A stretch of 24,939 nucleotides of DNA from positions 64,001 through 88,939 of IMG/VR virus record IMGVR_UViG_3300021431_000099. One strand, given 5' to 3'. This document shows, one piece after another, positions 16,882 to 24,939 of this stretch. Position numbers and translations under genes: made by a program. This stretch comes from a virus (Duplodnaviria; Heunggongvirae; Uroviricota; Caudoviricetes). Below the pieces are notes generated by a model, which was not told where the DNA came from, did no database searches, and was given only the letters and a program-made list of their open reading frames with translations. The stretch's first letter is position 1, and every line of letters starts with the position of its first letter.

Positions 16882-17310
16882 ATGAAGAACTACGAAGAAA
16901 TCAACGAGATCCTGTCCGCGCTGGACGATGCCACTTTTGAAGCCATCAACGACGCGTGGTATGATGATGAAAAGAAATGCTCTCGCCTGCTTAAAAAGAT
17001 TGGTTTGACTATCAAAGAGTATGAAGTGTGGGAAAATGACGAAGGTTTTGAACCCGCCTTCAATGATTGCGAAGAAGAAGACGACGCTTTCGACTTCACT
17101 TTTTCCATTACGAAGAAGAACGCTAACAAGTTGATGAACGGCGACTATATCGAAGCCTTATCTTACTTCGCTAATATCCTCGCGGACTTCGAAGAAGCGT
17201 GGAAGCAGGAAGAAGCCCTTAATATTATCGACGCGGTGATGATGGAAAAGTTGACCGATACTGACGAATGGCTTCGCGTTTACTCCGGTTTGATGTGTGG
17301 TATCTGCTAA
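16882..17310 (+). CDS. acidic hypothetical protein
   Basis: ATG 16882 after AAGGAG, promoter. Confidence 0.8.
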   Translation: MKNYEEINEILSALDDATFEAINDAWYDDEKKCSRLLKKIGLTIKEYEVWENDEGFEPAFNDCEEEDDAFDFTFSITKKNANKLMNGDYIEALSYFANILADFEEAWKQEEALNIIDAVMMEKLTDTDEWLRVYSGLMCGIC

Positions 17311-17542
17311 TAAAATCTTAACACAAAGAAGGCTTGACAAAAGCCCTCTTTTTTGATACAATATAGTTGCACCGGAACGGAGAGACAGGGGAGAGTGAAA
17401 GCATAGGTTAGTCACAACTAACTTCTGCGGATGCCTGGATCTGCTATTGTTAAGCGTTTGTTAATTCGCAAAAAACCTATTGACATCTGCCCGGTCAAGG
17501 TGTATAATATACCCAGAAAGCAACGAAAGAGAGGTAATCACC

Positions 17543-17983
17543 ATGAAGAACCTGCTGAACGCCTACAAAGCTACCACCGCCGCTATGGCCTACATCATCG
17601 GCTTCCTGATGAATGACAAGGTTTACACCATCTACCTGAACGACCTGCCTGAGTGGCTGATCGGCATGGACAGGGAAAGCACTTCCCACGGCGGCGCGCG
17701 CAAGCTCCGCATTCGGATGAACACTATCGCCCGCCACCGCCTGATCAACATGGGCGCCGCCTACATCGGCACGGCGGCCGACATCCTCGCAAGCCGCAAG
17801 AACAAAGGCGAAGCCTTTGAACAGTGGGTGACCGAGAACGCCGGTCAAGAGTGGCATAAGGATAGCGTGCCCTACTACATGGACGGTGACCTGACCGTGA
17901 ACGGCGTCAAGTATCAGATAAAGTTTGAGTCCGCAAGCCTCGCGAACGAAACCACAATAGCCAAAGCACTGGCGAGGGCATAA
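17543..17983 (+). CDS. PD-(D/E)XK-like protein, apparent circular permutant of family C
   Basis: NKGEAFE...DGDL....YQIK in C-terminal half; GAGGT RBS. Confidence 0.65.
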   Translation: MKNLLNAYKATTAAMAYIIGFLMNDKVYTIYLNDLPEWLIGMDRESTSHGGARKLRIRMNTIARHRLINMGAAYIGTAADILASRKNKGEAFEQWVTENAGQEWHKDSVPYYMDGDLTVNGVKYQIKFESASLANETTIAKALARA

Positions 17984-18025
17984 AGCCCTCGCCTTTATCG
18001 GCACTAATTTCCTACTATTCTACTA

Positions 18026-18452
18026 TACTTTAACATATGAAAGTCCTGCGAATTGATAGGATTTAGCGCTTTACTATATGAAAGTCTTGTGCCCAGGTAG
18101 ACTTTAGCGCTTTAGCATACGAAAGTGGACGCGACTATCCACTTTAACACTTTAGCATGATAAAGTAATACCCCGGCCAGTCCTTAACACTTTAACACTT
18201 TAGCATACGAAAGTGGGGCCTGCCATCTGAATCCTACCAAATAAATGGGCCGGGTGGGTGACTCGCGCCGGCGGCAAAAATTCAAACACCACCACCCTAC
18301 TAGGTTTTTTGTGCTCGAAATAATCCTACCCCTGCGGTAGGATTTTACGCTTTAATATGCGAAAGTGTTAGCACTTTACCACGTTAAAGTATGAAATTGT
18401 CACTTTATCACGGTGAAGTGGTGTCGCGTTACCACTTTAGCAGACTAAAGTG
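18026..18452. repeat. cluster of ~9 C(A/G)CTTTA-N6-(T/G)AAAGTG imperfect palindromes
   Basis: e.g. CACTTTAGCAGACTAAAGTG at 18433-18452; also at 13931, 14428, 14536. Confidence 0.8.
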
Positions 18453-18592
18453 GGTCGCCCGGCCAGACCCAGGGCTATGTTTGAGGAAAATGTTAAGTTT
18501 ATGTTAAGTTTATGTTAAGGGCTGCCCAAATTCCACACCTGGCCTGAAAATCTAACCTTGACCCTAAAATCCAAACCGCCGCATCCAAACAC

Positions 18593-18621
18593 TTGACAAA
18601 TCCCCCAAAATATGTTATCAT
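18593..18621 (+). promoter_or_regulatory. sigma-A promoter of packaging operon
   Basis: TTGACA-17-TATCAT with TG extended -10. Confidence 0.7.
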
Positions 18622-18668
18622 TTAAAATGAAGGAAGTTGTATCCCCAGTAAAATGGAGATGTAAGCAC

Positions 18669-19979
18669 ATGAAAAAGAAATACTCACTCGACTACTCTAT
18701 CGAACGCGACATAGATCGTCTTCACGCAGTAGAAGAAATCCTTGACACGCTCGAAACCAACCCCACCAATTCTGAACTAGAACAAATGGCCTCCTACATT
18801 CTCTACGGCAAAGATGAAGAAGGTAAAAACGCAGTCCAACGTGGCGAAACCACCGATTCTGATAAACGCTATAAATCGTTTCAGCGCGCCGCAGACAAAG
18901 TTCACTCCCTAGACGAAATTCTAGATAATCCCCTAGGTGACCAACAATCGCTCCAAACCCTAGAATCTCGCTACATTTATACAAAGAAAAAACCCACCAT
19001 AAAACGCCCCAAATACGATAAAGAAGGAAACCTTATCGACCCCGGCGATAGCGATGTCCCAGGCATGACACAACTCTGGGAAACTATTGATCGCCTAGAT
19101 CACATCAAAGCCGTCAACGAAGGTACAATCCCACCAGACGAAGATACCCAAATCTTCACCGATTCCTATCGCTTCTATCAATTTAAACACGCTCTTATAG
19201 ACATCAAACGTCACCAATACTATCTCAAAGACAGCTACAAACCCACGCTGCACTTCCTCGCCATTACACCGCCCAAAGCCCAAACTTATAACTGGGACAC
19301 CGACTCCGCTTATTGGATGCCCCTGTCCCAATGGCAAGACCGCGTAGACAACGCACTTCTCCACACCATCTCTCGTAACCTAGAAGACTACGAAACTCGC
19401 CTGAACCCCACAACCGGAGAAAAAGAAGTGAAATGGGTGGTGCGCCGCCACACGTTTGATTGGGAAAATCCTGCCCACATTAGGGCCCTCATCAATCATT
19501 ATAGTGCCATCTACATGGAATTGGGTGAAAAGCTTGATAGCTGGGGCCGCACCCTAATTTATGATTTTGACCGCTATTTTAATATGGTAGGATTTTCACC
19601 TGTGCGCGAATACATTCTTACACGCAAGATAGACAAAGCCCCTTACCCTTCCATCGTGGCTGAACTACAAGAAAAATTTGGTCTAAAATATAACGAAAAC
19701 CATCTATGCACCATCCTCTCCAAGGAAATCCCCGAGAAGATGGCAGCCGCCGCAACCAAGCATCGTATGCTTCTTACCACACCGCAATCTGAACGCAAAC
19801 AATGCTTCACTTGTAAACGATGGTTACCGCGCAACAATTACTTTTTTGCTACCAATAACAGCCGCAAAGACAAATTCGCCTCCAACTGTAAAGAATGTGA
19901 ACGCAAAAAACGCATAGCAAAAGGAGGTCAGTCACAATATGACAGACGCAATAAAGACTCGGCGCTGCCTAAAATGTAA
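18669..19979 (+). CDS. phage protein with C-terminal Zn finger
   Basis: CFTC...CKEC; GGAGA RBS before ATG 18669; first gene of packaging operon. Confidence 0.75.
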   Translation: MKKKYSLDYSIERDIDRLHAVEEILDTLETNPTNSELEQMASYILYGKDEEGKNAVQRGETTDSDKRYKSFQRAADKVHSLDEILDNPLGDQQSLQTLESRYIYTKKKPTIKRPKYDKEGNLIDPGDSDVPGMTQLWETIDRLDHIKAVNEGTIPPDEDTQIFTDSYRFYQFKHALIDIKRHQYYLKDSYKPTLHFLAITPPKAQTYNWDTDSAYWMPLSQWQDRVDNALLHTISRNLEDYETRLNPTTGEKEVKWVVRRHTFDWENPAHIRALINHYSAIYMELGEKLDSWGRTLIYDFDRYFNMVGFSPVREYILTRKIDKAPYPSIVAELQEKFGLKYNENHLCTILSKEIPEKMAAAATKHRMLLTTPQSERKQCFTCKRWLPRNNYFFATNNSRKDKFASNCKECERKKRIAKGGQSQYDRRNKDSALPKM

Positions 19980-20886
19980 GCAAGAAAAACCATCATATGA
20001 ATTTGCCCACACAGAATCACCTTTCTTTCCGGGGCATCATTCCATGATTTGTACTTCTTGCCTTGAAAAAATGGTGCGGCAAGACAACTTTAATGAAGTT
20101 GATAAACTTTGTCAGTACCTAGACTTACCATTTGATATGGACAAATGGGCATCGCTTTATAAAATACATGGCGACCGCACGCTTTCCGCCTACTTCAATA
20201 CTCTTCTTGACGAAAGATATAATTCCGTATCATGGTCTGACGAAAATGAAAGATGGCGTATTGCGCGCGAAGAACAAACAATAGACGACGAAATCAAAGA
20301 ATTAAGCGAAGCCAAGATGCGTAAACTTAAAAAAACTTGGTCTCCCGCCTACTCACCCGATGAATTACTCTTTCTTGAAGAATACTACAACCAAATAATC
20401 GCTACGCAAAACGTTTCCACTCCTATCCTAGAACACTACGCTCGCGACCTTTGCGAAATTGAATTACGCATTAAGAAAGGGCTCCGCAAAGGTGATGATA
20501 TAAAGAAAGATATGGACGCCCGCGACAACATAATTAAAATAGCAAAATTTGAAGCTTCCAATGCCAAAAATGCCGCAGACTTTGAATCGGTAGGTGAACT
20601 CATGGTGTACTACGGCAAAAAGGGGTGGCATCCCAAATGGCATACAGAACCAAAAGATGACGTTGATTTCTGTATGCAAAATATTCAAAACTACTTGCGC
20701 CGCCTAGTAGTAAATGAAGGCAATTTCGCAGAACAAGTTGAAGATAAACGCGAACGTTTTAACCTTACAGAACGATTAGAGAATATTGAAAATGAAGAAG
20801 TAGAATTTGATGAAACCGCAAATATCCAATATGAAGATGAAGATGCTCTTCTTGGTGATTTAAATGGCGGAAACGTTTATTCGTGA
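19939..20886 (+). CDS. Zn-finger protein, possible terminase small subunit
   Basis: CLKC...CTSC, AGGAGG RBS, immediately upstream of and overlapping terL; function inferred from position. Confidence 0.55.
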   Translation: MTDAIKTRRCLKCKQEKPSYEFAHTESPFFPGHHSMICTSCLEKMVRQDNFNEVDKLCQYLDLPFDMDKWASLYKIHGDRTLSAYFNTLLDERYNSVSWSDENERWRIAREEQTIDDEIKELSEAKMRKLKKTWSPAYSPDELLFLEEYYNQIIATQNVSTPILEHYARDLCEIELRIKKGLRKGDDIKKDMDARDNIIKIAKFEASNAKNAADFESVGELMVYYGKKGWHPKWHTEPKDDVDFCMQNIQNYLRRLVVNEGNFAEQVEDKRERFNLTERLENIENEEVEFDETANIQYEDEDALLGDLNGGNVYS

Positions 20887-22642
20887 TGGCATTGCGCTAG
20901 AAAAAGGTGTAGTTCTCACGAAACAATTTCTTGATGATAATCAAGCACTTTTTACTTCTTATTTAAATTATTGGTTGCTGTATCCTGATTTATTTTTGGA
21001 CGCAATACAGCCCGAAAATGATAAAAAACATTTTCATTTATTCTTCTATCAACGTATTGCCCTCCGGGCTTCAATGCGATACCGCTATCATTATTGGACT
21101 GCTACTCGCGCTACTTCCAAATCTTTTACAGCTTATTTGAGTTCTGTTGTGCGCGCGGTTTTACTACCAGGCTCCAATATCTTCATTTCTTCTGATGTAA
21201 AAGGCACGGTTATTAAAATTGCCGAAGCTAAATTCAATGAAATTTGGCGCCATTGGCCTATGCTTCAAAAGGAACTACAAACACGCGAAAGCGGCGGTCA
21301 ACAAGGTGAAAAGAAAAGTGGCAACTACTACGAATTACGCTTTCGCAATGGCAGTATGATTACTGTCGTTTCAAAAGACACTAGCCGTGGTTTGCGCGCG
21401 ACCGCTGGCATATTAGAGGAATGTGCGACCATTGAAGAAGAAGATTACAATGAAGTATTACTTCCTCAAATGAACGTGGCACGCCGCGAAGTAGATGGTT
21501 CTCTAAATCCAGAAGAACCAACTGCCGCCCAAATTTTCATTACGACTGCGCGCGAAAAAACTGTATTTATGTATAGCAAACTTATTGAGTGTGCTGTAAA
21601 TGCGGTTTTGCGGCCGAACGAATATTTTGTTTGGGGTCTTTCATATGAAGTGCCTTTACATTATGGCTTAATTGATAAAGCAACATTGATGGACCAGCGC
21701 TACTCCAATACCATGAATGAAGATTCATTTGCGCGTGAATCTTTATCAATTTGGACTGGCAATAGTAAAGAGGCGTGGCTTGATTCTAAACGATTAAGCA
21801 AGCGCAGAACTTTATTAAAATGTGAGCGTAAAGCACAAGAAAATCCTACAAATCCAAACACATTTTATATGATTGGGGTAGACGTAGCCAGATATTCTGC
21901 TAATACTGCGATTATGGTAGCAAAAGTATTACCAAATTCGCATGGTTTTAAAAAGAATATTGTCTATACAGAAGTTATTCATGGCGCTAATTACATTACT
22001 GAACAGGCGCCACGTTTAAAGAAACTAATACAATTATATAATCCACGAGAGATAGTTATTGACGGTAATGGTCCTGGTATTGGATTGCTTGATGCTATGG
22101 TTCTTCCATCATTTGATAAAAATACTGGAGAGAAATTTCCTGCTTACTTTACCTTTAATGATGAGAATCACTTACCGCCAGATAAGAAAAAAGAAATGGA
22201 TGAACCTATGCCAGAATTAAACGCTATAATATATGATATTAAAGCTGGTTCATCAAATGATGACCTTATCCATTCTAATTTTTTCGCGCAAATAAATAAT
22301 GGTTCTGTATCTTTTCTTGCCAGTGAAAGAATTGTAAAAGATAAATTACTCAAAACAATTCGCGGCAAAAAGATGTCATTATATGACCGCAGAGTTTATT
22401 TATTACCTTATGAAATGACTTCTCGTCTTATGGATGAATTAAATAATTTGAAGTTAAAGCCTACTGGCGTTCAAAACCAATTTAAGGTAGAACGCATTTC
22501 AGCTTCCACCCCAAAAGACCGTTTTTCTGCTCTTGAATATTGTCTTTATAGGATTAAATATTATGAAGATAAAGAAGCACGAAAAGCAAAGAAAAGAAAT
22601 TTTGGGCAATATGCCTTTTTCAGTCCTAGACATAGGGGGTGA
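20864..22642 (+). CDS. terL: terminase large subunit
   Basis: FYQ Q-motif, TRATSKS Walker A, ILEE Walker B, ITT motif III, GVDVA nuclease motif, KDRFSA. Confidence 0.9.
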   Translation: MAETFIRDGIALEKGVVLTKQFLDDNQALFTSYLNYWLLYPDLFLDAIQPENDKKHFHLFFYQRIALRASMRYRYHYWTATRATSKSFTAYLSSVVRAVLLPGSNIFISSDVKGTVIKIAEAKFNEIWRHWPMLQKELQTRESGGQQGEKKSGNYYELRFRNGSMITVVSKDTSRGLRATAGILEECATIEEEDYNEVLLPQMNVARREVDGSLNPEEPTAAQIFITTAREKTVFMYSKLIECAVNAVLRPNEYFVWGLSYEVPLHYGLIDKATLMDQRYSNTMNEDSFARESLSIWTGNSKEAWLDSKRLSKRRTLLKCERKAQENPTNPNTFYMIGVDVARYSANTAIMVAKVLPNSHGFKKNIVYTEVIHGANYITEQAPRLKKLIQLYNPREIVIDGNGPGIGLLDAMVLPSFDKNTGEKFPAYFTFNDENHLPPDKKKEMDEPMPELNAIIYDIKAGSSNDDLIHSNFFAQINNGSVSFLASERIVKDKLLKTIRGKKMSLYDRRVYLLPYEMTSRLMDELNNLKLKPTGVQNQFKVERISASTPKDRFSALEYCLYRIKYYEDKEARKAKKRNFGQYAFFSPRHRG

Positions 22643-22647
22643 ATAGT

Positions 22648-24210
22648 GTGAGTGCAAAAGATAGAGAAAGATATGATTTTACTAATTTTAAAGTGGCAAT
22701 AAAAAATAGTGGCCCTAGACTCCCAATCGGTGAAAGAGCATATTCACGCTGGGGCTATCGTACAAGTGATCCGGTTCGCTATGAAGATTTTACACTTGAA
22801 GAAATCGAGCGCATAATTTGTGAAGGTGATTTAGAATCATTAAGAGAACTTTCTCGTTATTATTATCGCACCAATGGTGAGTATCGTAATAATATTGATT
22901 TTCTCGCGCGCTTATTTCTTTATGATACAATGGTAATACCAGTATTTGAAGAAGGTAAGGGCTCAAAAGCTCAAATTTTAAAAGCATTTTATAGTGCTTG
23001 TAGATTTGTTGATAATTTAGATTTACCAAATGCTTTGATGCGTATTACCACTGAATGGTTAAAAACTGGTGTCTATAATGGTATTTTGCGGCAACAAGGA
23101 GAAAAGGCCGTAATACATGAATTACCATTAGAGTATTGCCGCACCAGATTTAAGGATATGAATAATTTAAATATTCTTGAATTTAATTTACATTATTTTG
23201 ATAAATTCCTAAGTACCGAATTAAAAGCCGAAATGGTTGAGACTTTTCCAGAAGAAGTTCAAACTGCATTTTGGCAATGGGAAGGCAGTAATAGAAAACT
23301 TGATTATTGGGTAGAAATACCTGCTAGTGCGGGCGGAGTATGTTTCTGTTTTTCTGGTGACTGTACACCGCCTTTAATTGCTAGTATTCCTGATTTAAAA
23401 CAATTAAAGGATGCTGTAAAACGAGAAGAAAAACGTGATGAAAATGAACTTTATAAACTACTTATTGAAAGGATGCCAATAACATCTGATGGAGAACTAG
23501 TTTTTCAATTGGATGAAGTGGCGGACATTCACTCATCTGTGGCCGCAATGTTAGGTGATATAGATACAGTTGATGTACTTACCACATTTGGTGAAACCGA
23601 TTTAGAAAGTTTACAAGAAACTTCCGCCGCAACACAGTCTGCCGACCGCATAGAGAAATATAAGAAAAACGCCTATGACGCATTAGGTCGTAGTTCTATA
23701 ATTTTCAATGCTGATGGTAGTTCTACATTAGCTTATGCTATTAAGAAAGATGAAGCGCTAATGCAGAGTTTCCTTAACATGTATGAAACTTGGATTCGTT
23801 TTCATATTAATGAAAAATTTGCGCGAACTGGTTTAACATTTGATTTTGAGATACTTCCCACAACTGTATTTAATCGAAAAGATTTACAGAGTACATATTT
23901 CAGCGGAGCCCAGTATGGTTACTCTAAAATGCTTGCGGGTGTATCTATGGGAATTAAACAAATGGATCAGCTTGCCATTATGAATTTTGAAAATGACTTC
24001 TTAAAGATGTCAGAGAAGATGATACCGCTACAATCATCATTTACTACTTCTGGCACCGAAGTTGCTGCCGAAGGAAAAAATGGAAATTCGTCACAAAATA
24101 GTTCAAGTTCTTCGCAGAACAAAGACATAAATAATAAGGGAGGTCGTCCCGAACTTCCCGATGAAGAAAAATCCGAAAAAACTCAGGCCAACATTGCGGC
24201 CGCAGGATAA
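22648..24210 (+). CDS. portal protein
   Basis: ~520 aa directly after terL, low-complexity tail with GGRP; GTG 22648 after GGGGGTG (GTG 22639 alternative). Confidence 0.75.
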   Translation: MSAKDRERYDFTNFKVAIKNSGPRLPIGERAYSRWGYRTSDPVRYEDFTLEEIERIICEGDLESLRELSRYYYRTNGEYRNNIDFLARLFLYDTMVIPVFEEGKGSKAQILKAFYSACRFVDNLDLPNALMRITTEWLKTGVYNGILRQQGEKAVIHELPLEYCRTRFKDMNNLNILEFNLHYFDKFLSTELKAEMVETFPEEVQTAFWQWEGSNRKLDYWVEIPASAGGVCFCFSGDCTPPLIASIPDLKQLKDAVKREEKRDENELYKLLIERMPITSDGELVFQLDEVADIHSSVAAMLGDIDTVDVLTTFGETDLESLQETSAATQSADRIEKYKKNAYDALGRSSIIFNADGSSTLAYAIKKDEALMQSFLNMYETWIRFHINEKFARTGLTFDFEILPTTVFNRKDLQSTYFSGAQYGYSKMLAGVSMGIKQMDQLAIMNFENDFLKMSEKMIPLQSSFTTSGTEVAAEGKNGNSSQNSSSSSQNKDINNKGGRPELPDEEKSEKTQANIAAAG

Positions 24211-24221
24211 GGAGAATGACT

Positions 24222-24939
24222 ATGGATAGACAGATACCTATTTATTTCGATAGCGTTGTAGTCTCTTCTCCCATCGAAAGAATTTCAGAGTCAAATCCTA
24301 ATTTGGGCCGCCTCAAAGTGCGCGTTTTCACTAAGTATGGAAATCGCAATGGCTCATACATTACTGATAAAGTAGCAGAGCAACTTATTAATTCCGCTAC
24401 ACAGGGAACCACTCCAGTGGTTGGTTTTTTCGACCCTGAAACACAAAGTTGGGCTTCTCATAGTGGCCCCACTCTCGCTAACGCTTATGGTTATGTAGAA
24501 AGTTTTTTAGGATGGGAACCATTTGAAGACACAGATGGCGTTATTAGAGAATATGCTGTATTCTCAATTATTTTGTTCACTAATTATTTTGAAGAAGCAA
24601 ATAAAGTATTTGGACAAAATCAAAGTATGGAACTAGACCCAGATTCTATTGATGGCGCTTGGACGCGCATTGATAATGTAGAATATTTTGTCTATACAAA
24701 AGCAAGTATGCTTGGTTTCTGCATTATTGGTGAACATGAACCTTGTTTTTCTGTATCTTCATTCTTTTCTAAGAATGATGACACATATACATCTCAACAA
24801 GAGAAGTTCTCTTCACTTCTGTTTGACCTCAAAACACAAGTTGAAGAGGCTGAAAAAAATAATGAAGGAGGAGAACAACCAATGAATGAGTTTGAAAACC
24901 AGGAAGTTGTAGAACAGGTTGAAGAGACTCAAGTTGAGA
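24222..24939 (+). CDS. prohead protease / scaffold (runs off window; not in ORF track)
   Basis: AGGAG RBS; open frame with NRNGSYIT, SH, QSMEL, GFCIIG..EPCF; follows portal. Confidence 0.75.
   Translation, partial: MDRQIPIYFDSVVVSSPIERISESNPNLGRLKVRVFTKYGNRNGSYITDKVAEQLINSATQGTTPVVGFFDPETQSWASHSGPTLANAYGYVESFLGWEPFEDTDGVIREYAVFSIILFTNYFEEANKVFGQNQSMELDPDSIDGAWTRIDNVEYFVYTKASMLGFCIIGEHEPCFSVSSFFSKNDDTYTSQQEKFSSLLFDLKTQVEEAEKNNEGGEQPMNEFENQEVVEQVEETQVE

Noticed and set aside
1690..17983. TTG-start N-terminal extensions in the ORF track (MTF.., MTS.., MTT.., MTI..)
   Set aside because: The TTG is the -35 box TTGAC; true starts follow the RBS about 20 codons downstream.
2424..18004. Long antisense ORFs (2424-2963, 6339-6725, 7317-7802, 10334-10882, 13000-13656, 16289-16684, 17495-18004)
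   Set aside because: Shadows of codon-biased genes on the other strand; no RBS or promoter.
24688..24885. 65 aa ORF
   Set aside because: Out of frame within the open protease frame starting at 24222.
1..24939. Stop-codon reassignment as the cause of short ORFs
   Set aside because: terL, portal and the exonuclease are intact in code 11, and the short ORFs have their own promoters, RBSs and terminators.

Overview
Fragment of a large tailed (Caudoviricetes) phage of a Bacillota/Clostridia-type host, standard genetic code. The first 18 kb is an array of about 50 mini transcription units. Each unit has a near-consensus sigma-A promoter (TTGAC-17-TATAAT), an RBS, one small ORF or a small RNA, and often a terminator. 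The units are transcribed divergently away from a 1 kb non-coding, palindrome-rich centre at 13.6-14.6 kb. They are separated by about 30 copies of a symmetric ~52 bp element, GTTAA-N6-GTTAA-N8-CCGG-N8-TTAAC-N6-TTAAC. One block (8.17-9.6 kb) is inverted with both ends at CCGG centres, which suggests a cassette-shuffling system. Cargo includes a DEDDh exonuclease, a HAD nucleotidase-like protein, a minimal protein kinase, three paralogue families (one with a circularly permuted member), acidic and membrane peptides, a 61 nt tRNA-Ala-like RNA and three other candidate structured RNAs. Eight genes share a covarying AAGGAAAA-loop leader hairpin. From 18.6 kb a head-packaging operon follows: two Zn-finger proteins, terminase large subunit, portal, and a prohead protease with a nested scaffold start. 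All calls are from reading the sequence; no searches were run.
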